Of a stretch of 64,000 nucleotides of DNA, positions 51,929 through 61,931 are shown in pieces. Numbering within the stretch: position 1 is the stretch's first letter; every line of letters begins with the position of its first letter. The notes below the pieces were generated by a model. The model did not search any database and was not told the DNA's origin. It saw only the letters and a list, made by a program, of their open reading frames with translations. The stretch lies in contig OZ244939.1 of the NCBI GenBank assembly GCA_965222235.1, positions 323,396 through 387,395 on the forward strand. Direction: 5' to 3'. This stretch comes from Minisyncoccota bacterium. GTDB lineage: Bacteria > Patescibacteriota > Minisyncoccia > Phycocordibacterales > JABAAK01. The position numbers and the translations under genes were made by a program.

Positions 51929-51963
51929 TGGCGAAACGGAGACAGTGTACCACACCCCCCGCA

Positions 51964-52398
51964 TCACCCCCAGACAAAACGACTCCCGACAGACACACCG
52001 AACCGACGCGCAAAACCCGCCGGTACCTCAAGCACATACCGCGCGGGAAACGGAGAAGTGAATGTCCCGGGAAATGATTCGGGAGAAACATCCTCCGCCA
52101 GATGCACTACCTGTTTCCCGGCATCAAGCCATAAGATATCAATTGAAAAATACATATCTTTCATCCAGATGGAGTGCGGACCGTCATGCGGAAATACAAA
52201 CAGCATGCCGCATGTGTCACACAGCGATTCCCGGTGCGACAGACCGAGCGTGCGCTCCTCGGGAGTCAGCGATATATCCGCGTGTATGGCGATATCACCA
52301 AAAAAAATCTCAACCCGGGAATCGTGCGGCAACCGGAACATGACCGCGACAATCAGCAGAAGGGCGAAAAGGATGAGCGGAAGAACACGGACTGTCAT
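51964..52398 (-). CDS. DUF192 family protein
   Basis: GLSHR..L...GMLFVF...WMKDM.FSIDI...YVLEVPAG. Confidence 0.9.
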   Translation of the reverse strand: MTVRVLPLILFALLLIVAVMFRLPHDSRVEIFFGDIAIHADISLTPEERTLGLSHRESLCDTCGMLFVFPHDGPHSIWMKDMYFSIDILWLDAGKQVVHLAEDVSPESFPGTFTSPFPARYVLEVPAGFARRFGVSVGSRFVWG

Positions 52399-52784
52399 AC
52401 CGTGCCGGCACGCTGCGCAAGCGACAGCGCGCATGAATTGATGCAGTACCGCTGACCCGTGGGTGTCCCCGGCGCGTCATCAAATACATGACCCAGATGC
52501 GCGCCGCACGCGCCGCAGGACACCTCGGTCCGGCGCATACCGGCGGAATCGTCCTGTTTCAGGGACACCGATCCGTCTTTGACGGCTGTGTAGAAACTGG
52601 GCCAACCGGAGTGTGAATCAAATTTCGCGGACGAATCAAACAGCGGCGAATTACAGACAATGCAGTGATACATTCCGTCATCTTTTGTTTTGTAATACGC
52701 ACCGGTGTACGGCGGCTCGGTGGCCCTCTCCTGCGTCACCCGATACGCCTGTTCGGACAGCTGCTCGCGTAAATTTTCATTCAT
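52395..52784 (-). CDS. msrB: Methionine-R-sulfoxide reductase
   Basis: GWPSF, GAHLGHVF, RYCINS. Confidence 0.96.
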   Translation of the reverse strand: MNENLREQLSEQAYRVTQERATEPPYTGAYYKTKDDGMYHCIVCNSPLFDSSAKFDSHSGWPSFYTAVKDGSVSLKQDDSAGMRRTEVSCGACGAHLGHVFDDAPGTPTGQRYCINSCALSLAQRAGTV

Positions 52785-52794
52785 ATATACACCA

Positions 52795-53265
52795 CTATGC
52801 CACGGAAGAAGTGCTTTGTTTCCGAAGATACTGCTGATGGTATTCCTCCGCCGCAAAGAACGGGGATGCCGGAACGATATCCGTCACAATCGGATCGTCG
52901 TGCATGCCCGATTCCTCAAGCAGCCGCCTGGACGCGAGAGCGGCCTCCCGCTGCGGCTCGGTGTGATAGAAAATGACGGAGCGGTACTGCTCTCCCGCAT
53001 CAGGTCCCTGGCGGTTCGGCGTCGTGGGGTCATGCATGTCCCAGAACACCCGCAGCAATTCGTCATATGAAACGACATCGGAATCATACATCACCTCAAC
53101 CGCCTCGCGATGCCCCGTGCCGCCGGCGCATACCCGCTCGTAGCTCGGACTGTCAACAGTACCGCCGGTGTACCCCGCCCGGGTCCGTATGACACCGGGG
53201 GTGTTCATAAAGGTGTCCTCAACACCCCAAAAACAGCCGGCGGCAAATGTCGCTTTTTCTTCCAT
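52795..53265 (-). CDS. msrA: Methionine-S-sulfoxide reductase
   Basis: [20 protein letters not shown]. Confidence 0.96.
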   Translation of the reverse strand: MEEKATFAAGCFWGVEDTFMNTPGVIRTRAGYTGGTVDSPSYERVCAGGTGHREAVEVMYDSDVVSYDELLRVFWDMHDPTTPNRQGPDAGEQYRSVIFYHTEPQREAALASRRLLEESGMHDDPIVTDIVPASPFFAAEEYHQQYLRKQSTSSVA

Positions 53266-53284
53266 ATATATGCAGTATAGACAA

Positions 53285-53318
53285 CAAAAAGGACTGTGCG
53301 GCAGATATCGCACAGTCC
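53285..53318 (-). terminator. Intrinsic terminator
   Basis: GGACTGTGCG...CGCACAGTCC stem with TTTTTG on the minus strand. Confidence 0.85.
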
Positions 53319-53327
53319 CTGTGTATT

Positions 53328-53465
53328 TCAGCGGCTCGGTTTTTTCGGATGCAGGTTCCGATGGCCGGTCTGCTGGTATGTTCGTTGTCGTCGCTCTTAG
53401 TGACCCGGTCTTTTCGGGTGCAGATTCCGATGCCCGGTTTGCCGTTGTGTTCGCCGTCGTTGCTT
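53328..53465 (-). repeat. 69-bp diverged tandem duplication of a gene 3' end, stop included
   Basis: [25 protein letters not shown] followed by [25 protein letters not shown]. Confidence 0.9.
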
Positions 53466-53786
53466 TTTTTTACGAATCACTTTTGAGCTGCGGGCGAACG
53501 CATGGTGTTCGCACAACACCCGGACATGGTGGGGCCAACAGGTGTTCCGGTCATACCCCTTTTCCGGAAATACAAAAAATGCGGTCTCTCCCCCTCCCCT
53601 CTGTTTGCCGCGCTCGGAATGCAGAACCCATTCCAAAAAATCAAACGGCAGGTTCTTCCAGGAAAACAGGACCGGAAGCCGGACAGTGCGCATGGTTTTC
53701 TTCTCACAGCCCGGATGGTCGCAGCGGAATGTGCAGGAGAACAGCACGGGAAAACCATTCCCCTCATCAAACGATACAACTCTCAT
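53397..53786 (-). CDS. Small putative Zn-binding protein (CDHxGC...CxxH)
   Basis: SD GGGGAG; RCDHPGCEK and TCWPH; paralog of 54882-55157. Confidence 0.65.
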   Translation of the reverse strand: MRVVSFDEGNGFPVLFSCTFRCDHPGCEKKTMRTVRLPVLFSWKNLPFDFLEWVLHSERGKQRGGGETAFFVFPEKGYDRNTCWPHHVRVLCEHHAFARSSKVIRKKKQRRRTQRQTGHRNLHPKRPGH

Positions 53787-53858
53787 TCGCCTCTCCCCTT
53801 GGTATGAAGTTGAGTCTGCCTCCAGTATACCAAAATTCCGGACAATTCGGTAGGTGGT

Positions 53859-54820
53859 CTTAATGGTTCAATACATTTGCACATGAGTGTACCACATCTA
53901 TGGGTTTCTTAAGGTCAATGCCGAAATGCGGTCTCTCATGGTTGTAATGATGGAGGTATTGGGCGTATTGTTCTCTGAGATCGTCATATTCTTTGAAAGG
54001 AGCCTTGTAGTAGATGAACTCCTCCTCATCAGTCCTGAACGATCGTTCAATGACGGCATTCTCGTTAGGACTTGATTTGTGAATATAGTGGTGTTTTGTA
54101 CAGAGAGCAGTTACATGGGTATGGAATCTTTTTTGAAATTCAAGACCGTTATCCGTTTGGATGAATACTGTTCTGAAGGGTAGACGGTTCACTATTTCCG
54201 TCATAGCTGAAATGGCATTATTCTGATTCAGATCATTGTATATGACGGCATCCTTGTATCGGGAGTAAATGTCTATGATGGCATACTCGAAACAGGTCCA
54301 GGGCAATCCTGTCAATTCAGGGGTGAGGTACTTCACATCCATCTGGAGGTAGCCGACGGTTTCAGCGTTCTTTGCGTGCATATGTACTGTATTCTGACAC
54401 AAGGGACGACGATGTCGCTTCTTCTGTCGTATGTAGCCACGGGCTATCAGGAACCGTTTCACCGTACTTACTGATACCGCTATACCGGTTTCCTCCCTGA
54501 GTTTCTCGGCACACCATCCCCGTTTCTGCCTCATTGCCGCAATGACTACTCTTTCCTCCCCGGAGAGTGCCGGTTCCCTCAGTCTCTTCGGTCTCGTGCT
54601 CTTCCGCTGCAGTCCCCGCATGACATACCGCGGTTCCCCGTAGGGATACGGTGACCGTGCCCGTCTCAGCCACCGGGATACCGTGGTTCTGTGGATACCG
54701 AGCAGTTCAGCAGTATGCTGTATATCTCTTGTTTCTTTGTATATTTGAATGATTTTCTTGGGATGTTGTCTCATACATCTGCAGTATCGCTGCTATGTGC
54801 AAATGTATTGAACCATTAAG
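53859..54820 (-). mobile_element. IS481-family element with 26-bp perfect IRs and a 6-bp target duplication (GGTGGT)
   Basis: IR CTTAATGGTTCAATACATTTGCACAT at 53859-53884, inverted at 54795-54820; GGTGGT at 53853-53858 and 54821-54826. Confidence 0.92.
53860..54774 (-). CDS. IS481-like DDE transposase
   Basis: N-terminal HTH; QMDVK, QTDNGLEF, NAVIERSFRT, YNHERPH. Confidence 0.92.
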   Translation of the reverse strand: MRQHPKKIIQIYKETRDIQHTAELLGIHRTTVSRWLRRARSPYPYGEPRYVMRGLQRKSTRPKRLREPALSGEERVVIAAMRQKRGWCAEKLREETGIAVSVSTVKRFLIARGYIRQKKRHRRPLCQNTVHMHAKNAETVGYLQMDVKYLTPELTGLPWTCFEYAIIDIYSRYKDAVIYNDLNQNNAISAMTEIVNRLPFRTVFIQTDNGLEFQKRFHTHVTALCTKHHYIHKSSPNENAVIERSFRTDEEEFIYYKAPFKEYDDLREQYAQYLHHYNHERPHFGIDLKKPIDVVHSCANVLNH

Positions 54821-54881
54821 GGTGGTGCAAGAAAAGTGCCGCACACAGTACTGTGCACGGCATCTATATACCCCGAATGTA

Positions 54882-55157
54882 TCAGCGGTGCTCGGCGCAA
54901 TAGGCGCTGACACCGTCAGGAAAATAGTGCACATCCGTGGCGAAAAGGTAGAAGGGGTTCCTGCCGCCGGCAAAAACCTTCTGCCAATAGAAGAATGGCA
55001 TGCGGGGTTTTGAGACACTTGTCCGCATCCTGCCGGTTTCGCGGTCATAGTGATATCGGACAGTTTTCCGTGTTGCTGTCTTGCCGCAGCCGTTGTGGTC
55101 GCACTTACAGCGGATTTCCTTCCGTCCGTCGGGCAGTGTCCGCACTGATACCGTCAT
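54882..55157 (-). CDS. Small putative Zn-binding protein (CDHxGC...CxxH)
   Basis: SD GGAGGAGG; promoter TTGACA-N16-TACAAT (55198-55225); KCDHNGCGK and YCAEH; hairpin at ~54836-54863. Confidence 0.7.
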   Translation of the reverse strand: MTVSVRTLPDGRKEIRCKCDHNGCGKTATRKTVRYHYDRETGRMRTSVSKPRMPFFYWQKVFAGGRNPFYLFATDVHYFPDGVSAYCAEHR

Positions 55158-55233
55158 TGCCTCCTCCGTCGGTTGTGAAAAACCTAACCTAATATATATT
55201 GTACAATATAATAAAATATTGTCAATGCTCTCC

Positions 55234-56245
55234 TGTAATGTGCAAGGACATATTGCACCCCCAGCGGTAACATATCCAGTAATGACGATATATATGCCCC
55301 AAACATCACAAGAAGAACGATGGCGGTGGATCCGCCCCATTATCACGAATGAGCTGACCTACGATCAGGTGCTGCGCATGTGTCCGCACAGTAGGAGAAC
55401 TCTGAAATATTGGGTTTCCCGTTATCGTGATGAGGGAGAGGGTGGATTGGTGCCGCGCAGCACCAGACCGAAGCGGAGTCCGGAAAGGACTTCCGAAAAG
55501 GTGCGGAAACAAGTCATCAGAAAAAGAAAGGAAACAGGATTCTGCGCGAAGAAACTGCACTGGCGTCTGGAAAAGGAAGGACTGTCAGTGCCGGTGCGAA
55601 CCATCGGGAAGATACTGAATGATGAGGGATTGGCCAGAACCTACCGAAAAAGAAAAACACGGTACACCTACCTGCCACGGGTATGGATGCCGGGAGATAT
55701 GGTGGAGATTGATGTGAAGCATGTCCCCCAAAAGATTGAAAACAGAAGGTATTTCCAGTACACCGCCGTTGACCTGGGAAGTAGGTGGCGGCTGCTTGAT
55801 GTCTTTGAGGAACAGTCATCACGGAACTCCGTCCGGTTCCTTGACCTGTTCAGAACAGTGTTTCCTGTACCGGTTATCAGTGTGAAAACAGACAATCACA
55901 GCACCTTCACCAATTACTATGTCGGTTCAAACAAACGATCCGATATGACCGTGAAAACACTCCACCAGCCGGATGTCTACTGTAGAGAGAATACCATCAT
56001 CCACTATCTCATTGACCCCGGGAAACCGACTCAGAACGGCACCGTTGAACGAAGTCACCGCGAGGACAATGAGAAGTTCTACCGAAAAAACACCTTCTCT
56101 GATTTCTCCGATCTGCAGAAAAAACTCCGTGTCTGGAACGACACCTACAACGACCTTGAGCACTGCTCCTTAAACGGAAAAACTCCCAATGAAATGCTAC
56201 AATTATTGCAACCGCAAGGGGTGCAATATGTCCTTGCCTAAAACA
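55234..56245 (+). mobile_element. IS481-family element with TGT...ACA ends
   Basis: IRL TGTAATGTGCAAGGACATATTGCACCCC; IRR read inward TGTTTTAGGCAAGGACATATTGCACCCC; no exact target duplication. Confidence 0.88.
55282..56241 (+). CDS. IS481-like DDE transposase
   Basis: SRRTLKYWVSRY...GLVPRSTRP, EIDVK, KTDNH, NGTVERSHR. Confidence 0.92.
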   Translation: MTIYMPQTSQEERWRWIRPIITNELTYDQVLRMCPHSRRTLKYWVSRYRDEGEGGLVPRSTRPKRSPERTSEKVRKQVIRKRKETGFCAKKLHWRLEKEGLSVPVRTIGKILNDEGLARTYRKRKTRYTYLPRVWMPGDMVEIDVKHVPQKIENRRYFQYTAVDLGSRWRLLDVFEEQSSRNSVRFLDLFRTVFPVPVISVKTDNHSTFTNYYVGSNKRSDMTVKTLHQPDVYCRENTIIHYLIDPGKPTQNGTVERSHREDNEKFYRKNTFSDFSDLQKKLRVWNDTYNDLEHCSLNGKTPNEMLQLLQPQGVQYVLA

Positions 56246-56252
56246 CTTTCGG

Positions 56253-58985
56253 TTACCGCCGTGTGCCGCTGAAGGTAAGCCGCTCCTGGGGATGCAGGTC
56301 GCGGCGGCGGAGAAATACCGCCTTGACGATCTCAATAATTACCACATGGAATAGCGCGCTGACGGGGATAATCCAGTACACCCACACCGGCAGCGGCACG
56401 AGCGACAGGGCCTGCGTGAGCGGCGGCACCATGAACGCCAGAATTAAAATAACAATACTTACCGCCACCGCCACCGTCAACCAGCGGTTGCTGAACGGGT
56501 TGGTGGTAAACACGCTCTTGCCCAACTGGCGGAGCGAGAAGGCGAGAAAAATGGAATCAACGGACACGGCGATAAACATAACGGTCTGCAGCTGCTCCTG
56601 AGTCAATGAGGTGAATGAGGAGAGCAGTCCGTAAATGACCAGCAGAAACGCGCCCGTAAACATCGCGAGCACGATGATGCCGGTCTGCACATCCCGCCCG
56701 ATGATGCTGTCCCCCTTCTCCCGGCGCATGTACCGCACGTTATCACCCCGCTCAAATGCGAATGCAAACGCGATAAATGCTTCCTCAACGATATTCGCCC
56801 AGAGAATCTGCACCGGCGTGATTGGCAGCGCCGCGGACATCAGAAGACCGCCGGCAACGAGAATCGCCTCGCTGAACGAGGTGGAAAACAGATATATCAC
56901 AATCTTCTTCAGATTCTGAATGATCTTCCTGCCTTCAATGATGGACGCAGTGATGGTTGAAAATGAATCTTTCAGAAGAATCAAATCGGATGATTCCTTC
57001 GCGACATCGGTGCCGGAAGCGACCGCAATGCCGATAGAGGCGTGGTGCAGCGCCGGCGCGTCGTTCACACCGTCGCCGGTCATGGCGACCACCTCCCCGT
57101 TCGTCAGAAGCACCCGTAACAGATGGGATTTCTGATCGGGCAGCATGCGCGCGAAGACGCGGACGGTCTGCGCCTTCGCAAAAAGTGCGGTGTCACTGAA
57201 CCCGCGAATGTCATCGCCCAACAACACTTCCTCCGAATCGCCGTCGGCAACAATACCGCACTGCTTCGCTACATACAGCGCCGTATACTTGTTGTCACCC
57301 GTCACCATCGTGAGCGCAACATGCGCCCTGCGGATGTAGTCAACGGATTCGGACACATCGGCGCGAATGCCGTCCTCAAGGGAAAGAAATGCCACGAACG
57401 AAACGGCATGCACCGATTCGCTCACCTGTTGATAGTACGCATGCTCATCTGTCTCATCAGTCATATCGGCCGCGACCTGCGCCGAGCCGACGGCGATGAC
57501 ACGACGGCCTTTTTCGGTCTCGGCGACAAGAGCCTGTTTCAACTTTTCACGCTGCATGGTGGTGAGCGTGACCGTCCGTCCGTTCTGCTGCACCATCGTC
57601 GACTCCGCAAGAATATGTTCGGGAGCGCCGACGGCGTAGTAGCGAAGCCCTCCGCCCTGTTCACGGACAATGGAAGAAGAGCACCGTTTTGACGATTCAA
57701 ACGGGGTATAGAATATGCGACGATCGCGCGTCGGCGACACCGTGCACACATCCTCACATGCCGTCACGAGCGCCTGTTCTATGGACGAACCGGTGAGCAC
57801 GGTATCCGCTTCTTCCGATTCTTCCCGGTGCAGCCGTTTCCCGTCCGTCGCCAGATACGCCCCGAGCACAATGGAACGGCCGAGCGGCGATATGGTGCGG
57901 TCATCGACACGCTCGCGTGTGTCGGCGGTAATAATCTCAGAGAGTGTCATGATACCGTTTGTCAGCGTCCCCGTCTTGTCGGTCAGAATCCAGGTCGTGC
58001 TGCCGAGCGTCTCGGCGGCGAGCATATTGCGCACCAATCCGTTATGACGCAGCACCGCCTGCATGCCGATAACCAGCACCACCGTAATCGCCGCGGGCAG
58101 TCCCGACGGAATGCCGGCGATTGCGATTGCGATGGATGTGATGACAATTTCAACAAGAGGAATGCCCTGCAGCAGGCCGATGGCGACAATACCGAGCACC
58201 GCGATCATAACCAGAATCATGATCCACTGCGCCATCTGCTGTATCTGCAGATACAGCGGCGTCTTGGTCCCCTCAGCATGCAAGCCGGTGACAATGGAGC
58301 CGATTGCGGTCTGGGCACCCGTATGCACTACGATGCCCCGCCCGGTGCCGGTAATGATGGTGGTCCCTTTCCATACCATATTGGCCTGATCGGCAAAGTC
58401 CCGCCTGTTTACGAGTGTGATTGCCTGTTTATGCACCGGCACCCATTCACCGGTGAGCGCTGACTCGTTAATCTGTAAATTATGCTCCTCAAGAATGCGG
58501 ATATCCGCCGGCACCTGATTGCCGGCATCAAAGAGCACGATATCCCCCGGCACCAGCCGCTCCGCCGGCAGCTCAACCTTCCTGCCGTCCCGCAGCACCT
58601 GCGCATACGACTGCCGGGCGTCTCTCAGCAGCTCAAAAGCGCGGGACACCTTCTCCTCCTGCAGCAGCGCGACGACCAGATTAATAATGAGCGCGGCGAA
58701 CACGACATACGCGTCCAGCGTGTAGTTGATGAGATAGAGGATGACGGCCGAAATGAGCAGAATGGACACAACGGGATTCTTCAACTGCGAAAACAACCGG
58801 CGGATCCGGGTGAATCGCCGCTCATGCCGGAACATATTGGCGCCGTATGAAAGGAGTCGCCGCTCTGCTTCGGCGGTGGACAGTCCCCCTTCCGATGAAT
58901 GGAGCATGTCCAGGACCTCCTTACCGGATCGCTCGGCAAAGGTGTGTGAAAAAGAAGATGTTGTGTCAGTGGAGTCAGGTTTCAC
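56253..58985 (-). CDS. P-type cation-transporting ATPase (type II, Ca2+-like)
   Basis: LTGE, DKTGTLT phosphorylation site, TGDN, GDGVNDAPAL. Confidence 0.95.
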   Translation of the reverse strand: MKPDSTDTTSSFSHTFAERSGKEVLDMLHSSEGGLSTAEAERRLLSYGANMFRHERRFTRIRRLFSQLKNPVVSILLISAVILYLINYTLDAYVVFAALIINLVVALLQEEKVSRAFELLRDARQSYAQVLRDGRKVELPAERLVPGDIVLFDAGNQVPADIRILEEHNLQINESALTGEWVPVHKQAITLVNRRDFADQANMVWKGTTIITGTGRGIVVHTGAQTAIGSIVTGLHAEGTKTPLYLQIQQMAQWIMILVMIAVLGIVAIGLLQGIPLVEIVITSIAIAIAGIPSGLPAAITVVLVIGMQAVLRHNGLVRNMLAAETLGSTTWILTDKTGTLTNGIMTLSEIITADTRERVDDRTISPLGRSIVLGAYLATDGKRLHREESEEADTVLTGSSIEQALVTACEDVCTVSPTRDRRIFYTPFESSKRCSSSIVREQGGGLRYYAVGAPEHILAESTMVQQNGRTVTLTTMQREKLKQALVAETEKGRRVIAVGSAQVAADMTDETDEHAYYQQVSESVHAVSFVAFLSLEDGIRADVSESVDYIRRAHVALTMVTGDNKYTALYVAKQCGIVADGDSEEVLLGDDIRGFSDTALFAKAQTVRVFARMLPDQKSHLLRVLLTNGEVVAMTGDGVNDAPALHHASIGIAVASGTDVAKESSDLILLKDSFSTITASIIEGRKIIQNLKKIVIYLFSTSFSEAILVAGGLLMSAALPITPVQILWANIVEEAFIAFAFAFERGDNVRYMRREKGDSIIGRDVQTGIIVLAMFTGAFLLVIYGLLSSFTSLTQEQLQTVMFIAVSVDSIFLAFSLRQLGKSVFTTNPFSNRWLTVAVAVSIVILILAFMVPPLTQALSLVPLPVWVYWIIPVSALFHVVIIEIVKAVFLRRRDLHPQERLTFSGTRR

Positions 58986-59018
58986 TTTGTACAGTATACC
59001 AAGCGAAGAAACACCGAA

Positions 59019-60695
59019 TTACATATGCTCCGGCGCAGGAATGCCGAGAAGGTATAAACCGTTTTTGAGCGTCTGTCGCACCGCCCGCGTCACCGCAACC
59101 TTGTACGGCGCATGAACATCAGAAGCGTCAGCGATGCGTTCGTGCGCATACCATGCGTTGAACGAGCCGGCGAGCGTGATCAGGTAGGTGGCAAGATGAT
59201 GCGGCGAACGTTTTTCAAGCGCCGAGCGCGTCGTTTCGCCGAACCGGTGGAGCAGTGTCTCGGGAGGGCACACCGCACCGTTCGGCGCGTCGGTTGAAGG
59301 TGTGATCCCGTTCTCCGCGGCATGTGCAAGCACTGATGCGGCACGTGCGTGCGCATACTGCAGATACGGACCGGAGTCGCCCTCAAAGGAAAACGCCTGT
59401 TCCATGTCAAACGATATGTCCGAACCGGCATGCTGGCGCAGTATCCAATATTTCAGAGCGCCGACCGCGATCTGCCCGCTGAGCGCTTCGGTATCCGGCG
59501 CACGCATACTTGTCGCCCGCCCCATTGCCTCGCGACGCAGCTCGGCAAGCACCGTCTCGCCGGTGAGCACATCGCCGGTGCGGGATGACATTTTTTTCCC
59601 GCCGGCGAGCGTGAGAAACCCGGTGGTAACATGCTCAAGAGATTGTCCGTCAAGATCAAACATCTCCCGCAACGCGGCGTGAATGACCTGAAAGTAGTCG
59701 CGCTGCTCAGTCCCCGTCACAACCAGCGACAGATCCCAGCCGGGATACCGCCGTTGCTTAATGCTGAAATTGCCGATATCCTTCGCCTCATAAGTCGGCA
59801 AACCGGCGGAATTGACAAATACGCGGGTATGAAGTCCGTGCCGTTCGCCCCGGAAGATAACGGCGCCGGCATCCTCTTCAAATATGCCGTCCGATAGATG
59901 TTCGCGCACGAACGCCAGCCCGACCGGCGCCGCTTCGCTTTCATAGATAACAGTATCAAATATTGTACCGAGTGTGCGGCACAGATTCTCAATATGCCGG
60001 AGTGAGGTCGCCTTCCCCGCCTCCTTCAGTTCGGTGAGGCCGGCATCCCCGGTATACAAACCGGCATTAACCCGGTCAATGGCGGCGCGCGCATCGGCAC
60101 CCGCGTCATATGCCGCAGCTCCGGTCCGGTATGCTTCATTCAGTGCGTCAATATCGCCCGGATCGCCGTTCGTCCGTGTAAGGCCCCAGACCGCTTTTGC
60201 AACCGTCAGACCGACATCGGAGGGATAGGTAATCCGCCGTACGACCGCACCGCTGAATGAAAAAAGACGCGCCAATGATTCGCCGACGATGACACCGACC
60301 AAATTACCGACATGCAGTTGTTTGAACAGATTCGGACTTCCGTATTCAATGAGCACCTCCCGCCCTGATTCGGCGGTGCCGGCGCCCCACTGCTCACCGG
60401 CGGTCAGTGCCTCGGAAACATAATCGGTGAAACAGGAACGGGCGAGAAAAATGTTGAGAAAACCGGGGCCGGCAACAGCAACACGGTCAACAAACGGCAG
60501 CTGTTCAAGCGCCGGTTTCAGCAGTTCAGCGACCGCGGCGGGCTGTTTGCGCAATTCAGACGCGGCTGTCATGGCAGCGTTGGTGGCATAGTCACCGTGT
60601 GCCGGAGTGCCGGGATATTCAACATTGAACCCAACAGTATCGGCACCGAGATCGCGGAGTGCCTGAGCAACAGCCTCATGAATGCGGGATTTCAT
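59019..60695 (-). CDS. argS: Arginyl-tRNA synthetase
   Basis: HGDYATN, SPNLFKQLHVGN, KMSSRTG, GPYLQYAHAR, APEHM C-terminus. Confidence 0.96.
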   Translation of the reverse strand: MKSRIHEAVAQALRDLGADTVGFNVEYPGTPAHGDYATNAAMTAASELRKQPAAVAELLKPALEQLPFVDRVAVAGPGFLNIFLARSCFTDYVSEALTAGEQWGAGTAESGREVLIEYGSPNLFKQLHVGNLVGVIVGESLARLFSFSGAVVRRITYPSDVGLTVAKAVWGLTRTNGDPGDIDALNEAYRTGAAAYDAGADARAAIDRVNAGLYTGDAGLTELKEAGKATSLRHIENLCRTLGTIFDTVIYESEAAPVGLAFVREHLSDGIFEEDAGAVIFRGERHGLHTRVFVNSAGLPTYEAKDIGNFSIKQRRYPGWDLSLVVTGTEQRDYFQVIHAALREMFDLDGQSLEHVTTGFLTLAGGKKMSSRTGDVLTGETVLAELRREAMGRATSMRAPDTEALSGQIAVGALKYWILRQHAGSDISFDMEQAFSFEGDSGPYLQYAHARAASVLAHAAENGITPSTDAPNGAVCPPETLLHRFGETTRSALEKRSPHHLATYLITLAGSFNAWYAHERIADASDVHAPYKVAVTRAVRQTLKNGLYLLGIPAPEHM

Positions 60696-60789
60696 ACAGA
60701 ACAGTATGACACACGCCGGCACGGTATATCCTTTTCATGCCGCCGAAACACATTGCACCGAATCTGTCCCCGTGGTACCATGCGTACAT

Positions 60790-61032
60790 ATGGCGAAAAC
60801 ATGCCCGATATCACAGAAGACGAGCGTGGTCGGCGGCGGATACAGCAACCGCACCCGTGCGACGAAGTTCAATCCGACCGGTAAGGTACGCAAACAGATT
60901 AATCTGCAGAAAAAGAAGGTGTTCGTGCCTTCGCTCGGCAAATCAGTGAAAGTCACCGTTACCCCGAAAGGCCTGCGCATGCTGAAAAAGAACGGCGTGG
61001 AAAAAGGGCTCCGTGCGGCGAACATCATCTAA
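60790..61032 (+). CDS. rpmB: Ribosomal protein L28
   Basis: MAKTCPISQK...G..YSN...INLQKKKVF...KGLRML. Confidence 0.92.
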   Translation: MAKTCPISQKTSVVGGGYSNRTRATKFNPTGKVRKQINLQKKKVFVPSLGKSVKVTVTPKGLRMLKKNGVEKGLRAANII

Positions 61033-61907
61033 CCGTCACACCGACGGTACGATGACTGACTCAGGCAGAATGAAATTGTTCCCTCCTTTGCGGTCGCATA
61101 TTCCCGCAGCTCCCGTCCGCGTCCGCGGTACGCCTCAACCCGCTCAAGAACGGCATCAGAAGGATGACCGTACCGGTTGCCCGCGGACGCCGAATATACC
61201 AGCGCCTCCGGCTGCACGTGCGCGAGGAATGCCGATGAGGTGGATGTCTTTGAGCCGTGATGCCCCGCCTTCAATATGTCAATATCCCGCAGGGTGTCGG
61301 CAAATACCCCGATCAGATACTCCTCAACAGCGGCGTTCACATCACCGGTGAGCAGAATCTCCGTATCACCGTATGTCACCAACAGTACCACCGACGCGGC
61401 GTTTGTTTCGCGCACATCGGTGCTGATCGGCCAGAGAATATCAAACTGAACGTCGTCCAAAGAAAAGGTGTGTGCCGCGGAAATGTCATGCACCTGCACA
61501 TCATCCCGTTCCTCCAGCAATTCATTTACCTGCCGGTACACCGATGTGTCCGATGTGATAAAAGAGCGGATGACCGTATCGGTACCGTACCGCCGCAGCA
61601 CCGGCACGAACCCGCCGATGTGATCGGCATCCGGATGCGTCATCACTAATACGTCAATCTCGGTATCGTGCATCGGCAGAAGCACATCAAGCGCGGTGAG
61701 GACCGAGATTCCCCGACCGGCGTCAATGAGCACCTGCCGATTATTCGGCGTCTCAATGAGGACGGCGTCGCCCTGCCCCACATCAAGGAAATGCACCCGC
61801 ATCCCGCCGCTGCCCGGAGATGAAAATACCAGTGCATACCACCAGTATCCGGCGCAGACGACTATGAGCAGCAGCAAGGCAAAAAGAATGCGCAAATGTT
61901 TCGGCAT
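61029..61907 (-). CDS. ComEC/Rec2-type metallo-beta-lactamase domain protein
   Basis: FLDVGQGDA, THPDADHIGG, GHHGS, NRYGHP. Confidence 0.92.
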   Translation of the reverse strand: MPKHLRILFALLLLIVVCAGYWWYALVFSSPGSGGMRVHFLDVGQGDAVLIETPNNRQVLIDAGRGISVLTALDVLLPMHDTEIDVLVMTHPDADHIGGFVPVLRRYGTDTVIRSFITSDTSVYRQVNELLEERDDVQVHDISAAHTFSLDDVQFDILWPISTDVRETNAASVVLLVTYGDTEILLTGDVNAAVEEYLIGVFADTLRDIDILKAGHHGSKTSTSSAFLAHVQPEALVYSASAGNRYGHPSDAVLERVEAYRGRGRELREYATAKEGTISFCLSQSSYRRCDG

Positions 61908-61931
61908 ACACATATGATATAATAGATATAT

